A DNA stretch of 64,000 bases, from positions 2,356,001 to 2,420,000 of the forward strand of contig OZ038379.1 of the NCBI GenBank assembly GCA_964036045.1, given 5' to 3'. The position numbers were made by a program, and so were the translations under genes. Below the pieces are notes generated by a model. The model saw only the letters and a program-made list of their open reading frames with translations, did not search any database and had not been told where the DNA came from. Position 1 is the stretch's first letter; each line of letters opens with the position of its first letter. Of the stretch, positions 10,547 to 23,998 are shown piece by piece. Source of the stretch: Eutreptiella sp. 'Long Island Sound 2002'. Its lineage: Eukaryota > Protista > Euglenida.

Positions 10547-13500
10547 CACCAGACAATAGTGATGTTGCCAGCACCCTCCGCCAAAAGACAATCACAAATC
10601 ACAACACAGCTCCAGGAAAACCCCAGTGCCCCCCAAAATCCCGTAACAGAGCAACACAGCGCTCCAGCCCTCCCTTGGATCTTGGATCCCTTGGCTCTGG
10701 TCTGATTCATTGGCCCTGGTCTTAGTCCGAAACCCTGTCCGGTGTGTGCACCATGCACATGGAAGAGGTATCTATGTGCTGTGCGCCCGCAGGGAGGTGC
10801 TCGCCAAGAGGCGGGAAAGGCAGGCCAGCCTGCCACCCGCCACTGACTGGTGTGCCCTGGTATGACTGGCCCACCCCTGGAGAACGCGCTCCCCCGGTTA
10901 ACCCACACTGGTCTCCCTCCTCCAATTATTCAGCCTCCCTCCTGGCACGCGAGTGACCCGGACCTTCTCTTGCCCTTCTTCGAATCAGGTCCATGTGCTG
11001 TGCAAGGTTCTCATGGGGGGTGGTGTGGGCTGTTGGCTGGCAGGCTAACCCGCTCCTTGACCCCGCATCTGACTCCTTCAGCATTTCTCTGACGCGCCGT
11101 ATTCAGGACTGGCCGAAGTGGTAGTGGACCGTGGGGGCCTGGGGCCTTGGGGACTGGGTCAGTGCGATGGCATAAGCTCATCCATCCCGGCCCTTGTCGG
11201 GGCTGAAGAAGCCAGATCCCCCCTTCACCCCACCATTATCCCCGCACAAGAAGTCCTACACAAGTCTGATACAAACCTCCTTCAGGTTCAACACAACATC
11301 CCTACGAGTCTTATGCGAGTGCTGTGCAAGTCCCACCCTGCCCCTCCCCTTGCCATGGCACAGCCTTGTCTAAACATGGCGATACCTTGCATCGAGGCTG
11401 ATTAAGCAGGTAAGGTGGGGGCGCCTGCAGCGCCTTGAGGGGGGTCCTAATCAAGATGTGTCTGACAGACTGAAGAAGGGGACCTTCACCAGGACATATC
11501 ATGGACTGCAGCGCCTGTCCGGACCAAGCACTGCACTGATGTTTGGGGTGTAATGCCCAGGGTGACGCCCATCATCAGATTAAGCATGGCAACGCCGTTT
11601 GCCCATTGTTGTTCTGTCTGCAATTTGTGTGAGCAAGAATGCAAGACAACAAGTTTCTGAAGTGGTTGTCATGGGATAGGGGGCTGAGACATGCTGTTGA
11701 GGACGGTTTTGCTCATAATTATATTCTTCTTGACACTGCAGGTCTCTTCTATTTGTTTTTGGTGTGACTTTCAGCCAATATTGCTGTTAGCCCCCCCCCC
11801 CCCCTTCCCTTGCCTTGCCCAAGTTCCAGACCAGGAAACATTTGATGTAGTGCTGGTCACGAACTCAAGGCAACATTAAGTATGCGCATGGCAGTTTCCC
11901 ACTGCATAACTTGGGAGCAGAGTCAGCTCATCCTCAGTAAGTGTCAGATCTGCTACCACAATGAGTTGTGGGAGCATCAGACATCTTTCACGTCTTGAGT
12001 CAGGCATGCAGGCAGCAAAAGTCATCCAGATCCTCCAGATGAGGCACAGGCTTGTCAACCCAAAATACTTTGAGGCATGCAAAAAGTAGTGATGCCAGAT
12101 CCACACCAAATGCCAGGGGGAGCGTTGGCGCGCCGGGCGCGCGTCGGGCCTCTGTTTTTGACCATTCCCCACTCGTGCCTGTTGTTGTCCCCACCTCACC
12201 AAACAATTTGGAGTACCTTCTCGCCGAGTCTAAGGGGGAATCCTTGCACCGCGCACTACTTTTAGACGATGTTCCCTCCGAAGAGCCCCCAGGCACACCC
12301 CTTGGAAACGCCCATAGAATTAGCTGACCCAAACTCACCAATCCAGTAGTCCAACACTAGCGACATAACCTCGGTGATATCCAAAATACATCCAGCAGGC
12401 ATTATAAATCTGGACATAAAAGAGCAAACCTCCACGCAAGCATGTTGTGGAAAAATCAGAAGTCAAAACCTCCGCTAGGAGTCACAATGATGCCCCTAGG
12501 TGCCCCCAGTATCTCAAAGTATGGGTCTCTAGTACGGTCAGACGCCCAAAAAGTTGCACTGCGCGTGCACTGCGCTTAAGGCGCCCCCTAAGAATTTGGC
12601 CCATCCTTTGCACCCAGTTTATGACGATGGCAATGGTGGTGGTTGGAAGTGGTGGGAGTGACATTTTGTGTTGTTGAATTCTCATATTTCGGCTTATACA
12701 AGGTGCCTTGCAGAGAAGGTTTGCGGTCTAGTGCGGTCTACTTGGGGGACTTCCCAAGGTGAGGATAAAGTTGGGGCTAGAGATAAGATACTTAATACCG
12801 CGCCGGGCATGCGCCGGGCGCGCGCCGGGCAAACATTCCCCCCCAGTGACCCTCGGTCTGATGCCAACAACTATAACATGGCACCTGCTTGGGGTCTGTT
12901 TTGAAGATGCATGCACTCCTGACGGGTTGTGGGGGGGGGGGGGGTTGAGGCCTTTAGTTGCGAACCTGGCACAAGGTAGGGGGCCCCAACACCTGGGGCT
13001 GCAACACACGGGAATCTTCCCTATGTTGCTGCCTTGTTTGCATGCATTAGTGCTTGTTTGCTTGTTTCTTTGTGTGTCCTTAATTGACCGACGTATGTTA
13101 CATGTATGCATCCATGTGTCACCTGCATGCATCCACACTTACATGTCTGCACATTGTCATACTTAGTTTCCTTACTGTTCATTTATTTGTCTTCCCCTCG
13201 CCACGTCCACCCATGCTGGGTGCCCCAGCTGTGGCAGGTGCGGCAATGAGGCGCCCTCCAGTCAGACAGTGGCGATCCCTGGGGAATGGTCAGAGGTTGT
13301 TGCGCAGGGGCAGGTGTCCTGCTCACAGCCATGCACGTGGAGCCACCGTGCGAGCGCGGGATTGGAACGTGTTGCCAGCCACGGTTCATTGTTTTGTTGC
13401 TGAGTTTGGCACGTCTTTGCCACATCGAATTCAACGACAGAAGACAAAAGGATTGAGGACCACGCTGCCGGGGATTCTGGCATGCATGGCGCACAGCGAC

Positions 13501-14151
13501 ACCAGCCCCATGGGCTGCTCCAGACCCAGAACACCACGGGAAGGCTCCAGGACATGGGCACACACAGCAAACTCAGTGTTGGCCTCTTCCTGATGCTCTG
13601 ACGGCACACTGGGATACCCCGCTGCATTTGCTGGCATCAGACTCATCTGTACGTTACGTCGCTACATTGCACTGTGGGATAGTTGTAGCGTCAGACGGCT
13701 CTGACCCTCGATTCCAAGAGTTTTCTGAAGTACCATTTGGGAAGAGGGCTTCGCAAGCTTACCTTGGTCTGGATCCCCCCCCCCCCCCCGCACCAGGAGA
13801 AAAGCAGTGTACTGTTGACCTGTGCTTCATCCCAGATTGAGGCCACGGTGTCTTGGATTATAGCGTCTGCGAAATCCATGAAGTGGGGACTAGGGACCAG
13901 TAAGAGTTCAAGTTATGCAAGGTTGATTCATTGCACGCTGATGAATTGGGTTGCTTTTTTTTCGTTCCTTTCCATTGAAAGCATCAGCAGGCCATGGTAG
14001 GAGGTTCGTTTAAGGGGATCTAGGGCCACCACAAAAGGCATGAGTATTGTAACAGCACAGCCCGTGATGCTGTCTTTTGCATTTGCGCTTTCCTGAGAAC
14101 GCCAAAGGGGCCAGTATACTGGCAGATGATGCCGCTGACATTTGGTCCCAG

Positions 14152-14190
14152 GTGTCTACATAAGTCTGACACAAACCCCTTACAGGTGCA
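14152..14190 (-). pseudogene. SWIM-like zinc finger remnant (CTCKGFVSDLCRH), possibly MULE-derived
   Basis: CxC-x7-CxH pattern. A decayed homologous copy at about 11253-11320 has Cys-to-stop changes. Confidence 0.35.
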
Positions 14191-15499
14191 AAACAACATC
14201 CCTTCGAGTTTTATCCGAGTCATCAGCCCATCACTTATGCGGCGCCACACAGAGCATCGCACAAAGCATTTCATCCTTCTAGAATTGTAATACAACTGAC
14301 ATATGGCCTCAACATGGCATTTGGTGCTTTCGGAATTGTTTTCCAGGTGTGTGGGAAGGCTTCAAGGTATTTTAGTTGGCCATGGTCTTAATCCCTCAAG
14401 CATACAATGTTTGTCATGTACAGAGCCGCGACAGAGCTCTATTGATTGAAGAGTGCAGCAAAGGAATGCTCTTTTTTGGAGGCAGCAGTTTCCCGCCAAA
14501 GCATAAGACTCAAGTCTGCTTCTGGTAGGGGGGAACCCCTCTCCCCAGAGTAGGATCCCCCCCCCCCCCCCCCCGGGGGGGGCTTTTTTCTTGCGAGGGT
14601 TTTCCCCTAATCCAGGGTTTTTGGGAGGGGTTCTCCACAGGGGGGGGGATTTGTGACCAGATGACCGGGGGGGGGGGTTGTCCACAATTGGGGTTTTTTT
14701 GTGCACTGGGTTTTGTTTTTCACCCTTTTACCGGTAGCCCATGGTTTCCATGGGGGGGGCATGGTGGGCATGCATTACCCTGTATTGGCTTTTTGTCAAC
14801 CCTTCTTCGGTGGTGCAGGTTGCCGATGGCCCATCTGTTGTGCTGTACAAGGTGTGAGTTGGAATAACAACACACATGTGCGTGTGTGCATGGTTTCAAG
14901 GCATTTTTGGAAGAAGCAAAGCAGATGTTGACCTGCCAACATCCATTATTGCATGTACACTGTTGTTGCCTGTGTTGAGGACAAATTGGTTTTGAAGACG
15001 GGGGGTTGTGGCATCAAGGATATTGTTGTGATGTCCCCCCCTTCATTGTGCCATAGGACCATTGTGCCTATGTGCTATTTGTGATGTTGCCCCCGCGCTG
15101 AGCGTCCACCCCAAAGGTCTTTAGCCCCCGCCCCCCCCCCCCCCCGCCCCCCCAACCACCACCTCGACCGACAACAGCACGTCAACCAAAGACATGGCAC
15201 CGGACACCGGGTGTACCACACAGCACGCTACCAGCCTTTCTGGACCCCGTTACCCCGCGCACACACACGCACACGAGCCCTTGAGGGGCTCTGCGTATTC
15301 ACCGGCAGTGCGCTGCTGAATTCTCTGCCCCCCATCCCAGGGCATTTGGTGTGAGGGCACTGTACGCAAGGCATTGTCTGTGAGGGCACCGGTTGTAAGG
15401 GTGAGAGGGGATTGTATGTGGGTGCACTGTGTACAAGGCACCGTGTGTGAGGGCACTGACTGCAAGGTCACTTGCGGACCCTCAAACAGCACGGGTGAT

Positions 15500-15790
15500 G
15501 TAGCCATTTTGCCCACATGTGGCCCTCCAAGACAGCAGGGGTGAGGCAGCCATTCCTGATGTTGTCCCCGGTCTAAGCATTGCAGCCCTGAGACGTCAGG
15601 GGTTGTGCAGCCATTGTGCCCACTTCCGGGCCCCCGAGACAGCAGGGTGAAGTAGCCACTTCCGATGTTGTCCCCGTGCTAAGCGTTCGGGACCCCCAAG
15701 ATGGTAGGGGATGTGTAGCCACGGTGCCCACATGCAGGGTGTGCCCATTTCTGACATTTTTCCTGCGCTGAGCGTCGGGGGCCCCCAAGA
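15500..15790. repeat. Imperfect tandem repeat of about 100 bp
   Basis: Recurring AGACAGCAGGG(G)TGA...GCCA...GATGTTGTCCCCG blocks. Confidence 0.5.
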
Positions 15791-18509
15791 CGGCCACGAA
15801 ATGTATTTACATGTAAATGTATATTGGATTGAATATGGATGTAGTTCGTTGGTCTCTGGCACATTTGGCCAAAGGATTGATGTTTTTGTACTCTGGCTGA
15901 TTGTGCTGCCACTACAGAATGCAGTTTCAATGGAGCTCGGTATATTTATGGAACGGGTTTCCACAGGTGCCCACCGTATGATGGGAACTGAGACAGATTG
16001 GGCATCCGTTCATTTTTGGATTGCATAGGGCTTTGCATCGGTTGGGCAGGTCAAAGTGGTTTTTTCCCACAACAGTGGAGGGTTTTGTCCATGAACAGAA
16101 GGTTGCACTGGTGGTGGTGGGGGGATTCAGCCCCCAAGGGTTTTTTTTTGCTTAAGATGATTTACAAGGGGTGTTTTTTTGTGCTCAATGTGTAGTACCA
16201 AATGTCTTACATGGGTTTTTTGGTTTTTGTTTAAGGGTTTACTCACCACATGGTGGTTTTAATTTCCATCACACAACTCCATCCAAGTGAAGTTGCAGGA
16301 AATTATAGCAAAGTTTATCAACAAGGTGGCAAAATGTTTCACCGAGGAGTGCAAAATCAAAGAGAAAAAACACAGAACCTCAATAGCGCAAAAAAAAAAG
16401 GCAATGTGCTTTGTAAATGGTATTAGTACAATACGTGCTTGTTTGAAAGTGTGTTCTGGGGCCCACATGTGTTTTTTGCTCCCCATACACATGTTTGTGG
16501 CACCATAAGTGCATTCATCCAAAAGTGCAAACTTGTGGGTGTGTAATTCCAAATTTTTTAGAATAGGCAATCAACAATGGGACATACTAAATCTGCTTCA
16601 ATTCATCATTACAATACAAAAGCTTCTACTGTAGTACGGAAAACTCTCATTATTAAAACAATAATGCGCATTGGTTCCGTTTTACTCCGCAACGTTTTTG
16701 TAAGCCACGAGGCGGTCAATCATATAAACAAAGCGTGATATACATTGTGTTATCAACAATCAACAACGTGGAATGATCATCTACAATATGTGTGCAATCT
16801 CTGATTGGCGTGCATGCTCTGATATAGAATTGTATGTACATCACTGTTTCATTAGAGTCTTTTCACAAGATATCCATGCGAAGCAAGCGTTAGGTGTCTG
16901 GCAAAAGCATACAACAGTTGAACCAATGTGTGACCATGAATCGCATAGCTCGGAAGTAGTGACAAGCCTGATGATCGACTCTGAGATGGACTAAGCAACT
17001 TCCGCTTGATCTCACAAATCTCCACAAAAAAGAACAACAAACATTTTACTTCACCATTGTGACTACAAAGTTGCATAGCATAGGCAATTGTTTTGGTTAG
17101 GACGGGCATAAACCGAGCCCGTGATGGTTGAAATGCCGATGATTTTTTTTTTATCTGGGAAATGCATAGAAAATAAAAGCAACACTCTCGTTGAAAAGTA
17201 CCAAAGAACGAATGGAAAAGCAGTGCTATAACTTGTCAAGGGGCCACTCATTGTAATCGCAGGAGACGCATTGCAACATCGGGGCAATTGCAAAGGATCC
17301 GGCGACTCAACACCGAGCTTCATGAATGTCACCGCATGATAGAAGGCCGCCATGGGCCAATAAGGCCTCGCTGATGAGCTTTACCCTACCCGTAAGTCAG
17401 GTACAAGACCTTCCGGTCCATATGCTATTCGTGAAGGGACGCCGACTGCCCAGTCTTCCCGTGCTCCTATTGGAGCTAGAGACATCTTAGTTTGTTCCGC
17501 CCTTCCGTGTTCGGGATCTCTTGGAGGCCCAAACCCGGCTTGTATCTAAGTCTCACTAAGGGCGCGTCTGACGCCCTAGGTTTTCACACTTCTCAAAGGA
17601 ACATTTCTTGCGGACACAGATAGTGACATCCGTCAGAGTCTTGAATTGCCTGATGGTCTTGTTTGTGTGGTGTTGGTCTCAAAGCACCCCAAAGAATAAG
17701 CCTCTGCTACCAGAAAAGCTGATTGGGTTACAGCACAAAGATCGGACATGTTTTTATTTTGGTAAGCCCACTTGCTTGCAAAGGCCAACAAAGACACCAA
17801 ATGCAAGGAGCACAACCAATCAGATGGGAATTGGTTTGAATAAGAATCCATAATACACAAAAGAGCAGCAAATTGTACCTGTTTCCGAATGCAGTTGCTT
17901 GGCCAAGCTGGCCAAGCCATATCGTGTGTCCGATTTCCGAGACAACCTTCTTGCCTCAGATTCCTAACCAATTGCCTACTCAGCAAAACAGTGCATGTCA
18001 TGTGCTTCATTGACCGTATTCAACTGGATTGCTTTGACGTTTGCATATTAAATCTTTTGCAACTCAATTGTACTATAAAGCAACATTGTACAAGCAAGTA
18101 GGACTTTAGAATATCTGGGTTCCGTGGTGGAAAACCACTAGGCTTAACCTTTAATGGAAAAGGCATGAAGTGCGTACTTTATTTCAGTATATACCTCCAT
18201 GAAGGATGATACCTCCGCTCTTTGGATTGGTAAAAGTAAATTTCATGGAAAGGTTAGGGTTAATAACCCTAATGACACTAAAAAGTGTACTTTTTGATAA
18301 GATTGTGCCTTAAGCAAAGGAATACCACAAAGGATAAGCTAAAGCAATGCTTTGGGGTGGTGCAGGTTATGTAGTAGGGCTGCTGCCTAGTCTAAGGGCC
18401 CGAAGAAAGACATGGTAACTCCCTTTTTACCAGCTGCAATGACGTGGTATTTCTTCCTCAACAGGTGGTCTTGGGTATAAACTACTTTTTTGGCCATTTT
18501 TGACCCTCG

Positions 18510-18912
18510 GCGTGGTTTTATGCCACTTGGGGGTGGTTTTATCCCCCCTTTCGCAAAGGTGGATTTTTCCCTCCAAAGAGGTGGTTGCATCCCCCCATTT
18601 GGTCATTGCGGGGGTTTTATCACCCCTTTGGGGTGGTTTTATCCCGCATTTTTGGTGATTTTATCCCCGGATTGGCTGGGGGGGGGGGGTGGCCCATCTC
18701 AATGTGAACCAGGAAACACAGTCCCGGAAGACAGACAGACGCACACTACACTCTTCAGACTGCTTTGGTTTAGATTGTTTTGCTTTGCTTTGCTGTGTTG
18801 TGTCATTTTTTTTGCGTTGGTAGCATAAAACCACCTTGGGGTGGTTTTATCACCCCGAAGGGGGTGGTTTTATCTCCCATAAAAGTGGGCATCAAACCAC
18901 CCGGGGTGGTTT
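18510..18912. repeat. Cluster of GGTGGTTTTATC(C/A)CC motifs, probably transposon subterminal repeats
   Basis: About eight copies, including inverted AAACCACC copies. No TIR or TSD identified. Confidence 0.45.
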
Positions 18913-19142
18913 TAAGATGTGTCCGCAATATTGACTGTTCAATAGGGTTTAGAGCGGATCTTCTGCATTGGATGCACTTCTAATGCGTCTAAATCTTGTG
19001 CATGATTGTGTATTTTTGTGACTAAAAATCCTACTATCTTAGTGGGCTATGTATTAGGGTACCGAGGGCCCATGTTGAGCAACATGTCGGTCAAACCTAC
19101 CTAGCTCGAGAATGTGCTGCATATGATGCATGCAACATGGCA

Positions 19143-19804
19143 CCCGGCTGCCGGAGTTAAGCTAATGTTTATTGGGAAACATTAGTTTTGCCCCTTGTCA
19201 GCGACACAAATCCCGTCTAAAATACAATGCTCATTGGTGCCACAACCAGCGTCGCTGTTGACGTCAAGACAGTCGCACAGTACCAACACATTCGTCAGGC
19301 TCTAGGCACACATTGGTCAAACTCGTCGGCTTGTCATCAACGCACTTCCCTCCAACGACACAATGCTACCCATGAGGACAAACTCCGTCCTTGTTGATAC
19401 CAGGGTACACGGGGCAGAACAGGGCCACGCAGTATCCATCCGCGCATTCCGCTGGAGCGAGGCACGCGTGCCCGGCCCGCTGCTGCTTGAACATTTCCCC
19501 GTCACGTGGCAGAACTCGCCACTCCCGCAATCCCCATGATCGCCGCAGTCGGAGAAGCAGATCACCCTCCCATTCTGCCCAACCCAGAGCTTTAAATCGC
19601 CCGACGGGTTCGATTCCAAAGTGATGCAGACCTACGCCGTGGCGCTGGACCAATTTAAAATGTCAAACTGGATCCCGCAGTCGCTGGGGGAAGCGTAGGC
19701 GCACATGGCGGCCTCAAAACCAAGACTCCTCCCCGTCAAAGACCCCGCGCATCAGCGCAAAGGTGTTGTGCAGGCCGTAGAGGGCCTTGCAATTTGACGT
19801 TGAG
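19143..19804 (-). pseudogene. Duplicated Cys-rich pseudo-exon, copy 1
   Basis: Nearly identical to 22836-23500. The minus frame reads ...CGIQFDILNWSSATA*VCITLESNPSGDLKLWVGQNGRVICFSDCGDHGDCGSGEFCHVTGKC. Confidence 0.55.
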
Positions 19805-19949
19805 CCTTGTGGGTATATGCAAATTTATGGAAATGTTTCGCGAAATTGGACCTAATTTTCGAAAAATCCACCACGCACCATGTCTGCTGGTGATGGTGAT
19901 ATAAATATACATATATATTACTACACCCCTCTCCCCTTAAATCTAGCTA

Positions 19950-21050
19950 ACAAGCAAGCAAGCAACAAGCAACAACAACAAGCACTTCTCCTTTCCGTTT
20001 TGGCCATTGCTCGGCCTCATCGCTCCGGGCTCTACTCTACTCTAGCCACCCTAGAGCCTAGGTGGTGCCCTTGCCAAATCCAAGTTTTCAGCCAAAAACT
20101 CACCAGTGGCGCCCCGGAGCGGGGGCGCCAAGTCGGGAGGTGCCCTTCCAAAACTGCGCATTTTGTGCCCCAAAACAGCGTTTTTTGGCCAAACACGGCC
20201 CCAAAACCAAGTCATAACGGCAAAACTAAGGCAAACGGTTCCTACACTCCACGTGCGCCACGATTGCCCCGTGAACCAGAGCCCTTTCTTTCCCTCTAGC
20301 TCCACGATATGTCCGAGAAACGGCCCAAAAATGGCCAAACGGGCCGCCAAAAATGGCCTAAGTGTGCGTCATTCGTGTGCAACACGGCCAAAACCAAGAA
20401 CGGGCCGTATCTTGGGCTACGTGGCTCAAAACCAAGTTCCGAGGGCACCTATTCCACCCGCACCCCCCACTTTTTGTGGTTTCCAAGCCTCAGATTCGCC
20501 CAACGAGACCCCTACACCCTCGTACCAGTGGTCACTTCGTGTAGCCGGAGGGCAGCACAGCCCGCGCACAGTTGGGGCCAACGGTGGGTCCACCGGGGTG
20601 CCCGGGCCGAAAAAAATGTTTTTTTTCAAAGTTGTTCCTAGACCACTTGGGATGCTCAAACAAGTGTTTTTGGCCCGTTTTGAGCCCGTGGTGGCGCGTT
20701 TTGGGCCACAGAAAATCCCAAAATACCTTGAAAATGGGCCGTTTTGGGACCAAAAGTGGCTCAAAAATGGGTCAAAAAAGCCTTTTCTCAAAAGTGATCG
20801 TGGCCCATTTGGGATGCCCAAACAAGTGTTTTGGGCCCGTTTTGATCCCGTGGTGGCGCGTTTTGGGCCACGGAAAATCCCAAAATGCCTTGAAAATGGG
20901 TCGTGTTGGGACCAAAAAAGGGCCAAAAATGTGTTTTTCCAAAAGTGAACTTGGACCATTTGGGATGCTCAAACAAGTGTTTTTAGCCCATTTTGACCCC
21001 GTTTTGACCGAGTTTGGCCCCTTCCACCACATGTATGTACCACGCTGTGC
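19950..21050. repeat. Interspersed repeat with internal tandem units of about 120-170 bp; related copy at about 31260-32000
   Basis: The AACAAGCAAGC...TTTCCGTTTTGGCCA...CTAGAGCCTAGGTGGTG block is shared with about 31290-31400. TTTGGGATGC(T/C)CAAACAAGTGTTT occurs three times. Confidence 0.65.
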
Positions 21051-21097
21051 CTTTCGCACGCCCCTTCCTAGAGTTGGGGAGAGGGGTGTAGATTGGA

Positions 21098-21099
<2 letters not shown>

Positions 21100-21145
<46 letters not shown>
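21100..21145. repeat. (AT)n microsatellite
   Basis: Direct reading. Confidence 0.95.
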
Positions 21146-21146
<1 letters not shown>

Positions 21147-21147
<1 letters not shown>

Positions 21148-21763
21148 GGCATATCTTTACCTATGTACCTACCAGGGTGTAGGGTCACCGGGGGGGCTTG
21201 GGGTGGGGTGCAGGGACCCCCCCCTATTTTGAGGTCGGGAAACACAAAAAAAACATGTTTTAGAGGTGAATTGGATGGTTATTAGTGGGTATTTGCCCCC
21301 TATAAAGGTCTAAAATGGCTAAAATTAGGGTATGACATCACTGCTGGTAGGATCCTAACCAGAGTACTAAAAATAACCACTAAATCCTAAAAATAACCCA
21401 CACCACTCCTATATACACCCAATGACATAGTAATTCAGCATCTGTAACATACCCTTGTCCATTTTCATATCCCTCAAACTATTATTGGGGGTATTTGGTG
21501 CTAGTATTAGGGGTTTGGACCACAATTGTACCTATGTTTACTACTCTGGTTAGGATCCTACCAGCAGTGATGTCATACCCTAATTTTAGCCATTTTAGAC
21601 CTTTATAGGGGGCTAATACCCACTAATAACCATCCAATTCACTTCTAAAACATGTTTTTTTGTGTTTTGCCGACCTCAAAATAGGGGGGGGGGTCCCTAC
21701 ACCCCACCCCAAGCCCCCCCGGTGACCCTGCACCCTGGTAGGTACATAGGTAAAGATATGCCA
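21147..21763. mobile_element. Foldback-type MITE with inverted arms of about 220 bp
   Basis: 21147-21366 is the near-perfect reverse complement of 21541-21763 (TGGCATATCTTTACC...GGATCCTAACCAGAGTA). It sits in a TA-rich site. Confidence 0.85.
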
Positions 21764-23013
21764 TATATCTATATATACATATATAAACAAAGAAAGAAAT
21801 AAATATATGTGCCGCTTTGAATGGATCACTGGCAGGTGGTTAGGGTGCACCTTGGCTTCTGTGGCCCAGGGTGGGGTTGACAGAGAAAGCGCATCCCTGC
21901 CCCATTTGAATCCCTCAAACAAACTGAGCCACACCCTTTTTCAAGAACATCGAGCAACAAATTCTTGAAGATGGGCTCCACAAAGGGTTACCGTACACTG
22001 ACACAGGGCATCAACAAACCTCAAAAAGCAAATACACAGGTTGCTGAATGACAGCGCCGGTATTCGCTCTCGTGGAATGCATGGATGTATGCAAACCAAT
22101 CAATAGAAAAATCAGCGAGGCAGTGCACCCTGGCAACAAAACAGAACACCATCAAACCTCAAAACTCAGTGGTCAGCTCTGATAGCCTGAATGGCCCCGC
22201 CATAGACACTCAGCCATTGGTCACTGAAGGTCCAATCAAAGCACAGCAGCTGTAATTCTACAACCACAACTTTAGAATTTAGGCCTGGGCTGCCGAATGA
22301 TGTGCACTCTGGGCCACAGAGAAAGAACATGGATGCTGACAGGCATGGAGGCTGCACATGCATCACAGCTTGCTGAATGATAGAGCCTATACCAGCTTGC
22401 ATGGCACATATATATACATGGAATGCAAACCACTCACCACCGAAACGGAACCAACAAACCTCCAAAAGCAAACACACATATGGAGCACAGGGTGCTGCCC
22501 ATTATTCGCAGGTTGCTGAATGACAGCGCCTAAATTTGTTCGCGTGGCATCATGTATTCGTGTAAAGCAACCACTGGGGAATGCATCATGTGACCAAAAC
22601 AGAACACCAACACCCAACTTCGAAAAGCGCAAAATTGCAATACCACATGATGAGCACCAAGACAGCGTGCCATATGAGAGACATCCTCCTGTACGCCTCA
22701 GCTTCCTGACTGGCGGCAGCAATCATCAAACTGTGAAGAAGGAACAAACACAAACTGACAGTGGCCTGTCGGCCCCCACCACTTGCAGCCGAAGCATGTG
22801 TCTCCCCTGACACCACACACAGGGCCCCGACCTGACCCGACTGCCGGAGTTAAGCTAATGTTTATTGGGAAACATTAGTTTTGCCCCTTGTCAGCGACAC
22901 AAATCCCGTCTAAAATACAATGCTCATTGGTGCCACAACCAGCGTCGCTGTTGACGTCAGGACAGTCGCACAGTACCCACGAACACATTTGTCAGGCTCT
23001 AGGCCGACGTTGG

Positions 23014-23998
23014 TCAAACTCGTCGGCTTGTCATCAACGCACTTCCCTCCAACGACACAATGCTACCCATGAGGACAACCTCCGTCCTTGTTGATAGCAG
23101 GGTACACGGGGCAGAACAGAGCCACGCAGTATCCATCCGCGCATTCCGCTGGAGCGAGGCACGCGTGCCCGGCCCGCTGCTGCTTGAACATTTCCCCGTC
23201 ACGTGGCAGAACTCGCCACTCCCGCAATCCCCATGATCGCCGCAGTCGGAGAAGCAGATCACCCTCCCATTCTGCCCAACCCAGAGCTTTAAATCGCCCG
23301 ACGGGTTCGATTCCAAAGTGATGGAGACCTACGCCGTGGCGCTGGACCAATTTAAAATGTCAAACTGGATCCCGCAGTCGCTGGGGGAAGCGTAGGCGCA
23401 CATGGCGGCCTCAAAACCAGACCCCTCCTCGTCAAAGACCCCGCGCATCAGCGCAAAGGTGTTGTGCAGGCCGCAGAGGGCCTTGCAATTTGACATTGAG
23501 GCTTGTCGCCACTAGCAGAGTGACTGCAGGGGCGTCCATTCAAAGGTAGACATCCACGTCGGCCGGGAACAGACTGGAAAAGTCGAACTCCATATGTTTC
23601 GCTTTGTCATTCGGCCGTTTGCCTTTGATACGGAACGTGGGGGTGGCGGTCCCAGACAACAGAACCTCAAGGTCCGCACTGGACCCCCGGCGGAACGCTG
23701 CTTCCAGCCCGTCGTTTTTGAGGCCGGCGTCGAACAACGTGACCCGGATGGCAATCGCAACGTCCACTTTCGGAGACGTTAGCCCTACGGTCCCAGCGCC
23801 CGGGAGCAAAATGTGCCAAACTTGACCTTCTTCGCTGGGGGGCTGGAGAGCAGGTTGTTCAGGGAGAACCCGAGGGCATCGGCAGTGACCTCTACAGCGC
23901 CGCCCGGGCCGATGGGGATCTCAGGCAGAATGCCCTCCTGCGCCACAGCGCTGGGTCCGGACGCGGCTCTGGATACACTGGTCAGATTCGGATGGGGC
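23014..23998 (-). pseudogene. Decayed coding segment with a Cys-rich motif; its 3' part is copy 2 of the duplication
   Basis: Protein-like frames (GILPEIPIGPGGAVEVTADALGFSLNNLL; VDVAIAIRVTLFDAGLKNDGLEAAF; CFSDCGDHGDCGSGEFCHVTGKC) are broken by frameshifts, a TGA and a TAG. Confidence 0.5.

Noticed and set aside
17365-17440. CTGATGAG motif, and CTGATGAACGAAA at about 52793, as hammerhead candidates
   Set aside because: The first has no properly placed GAAA; the second has no stem II or flanking helices.
20106-21285. Long ORFs of 280, 237 and 177 aa
   Set aside because: They lie in a tandemly repetitive interspersed element, are open on both strands and contain no recognisable domain.
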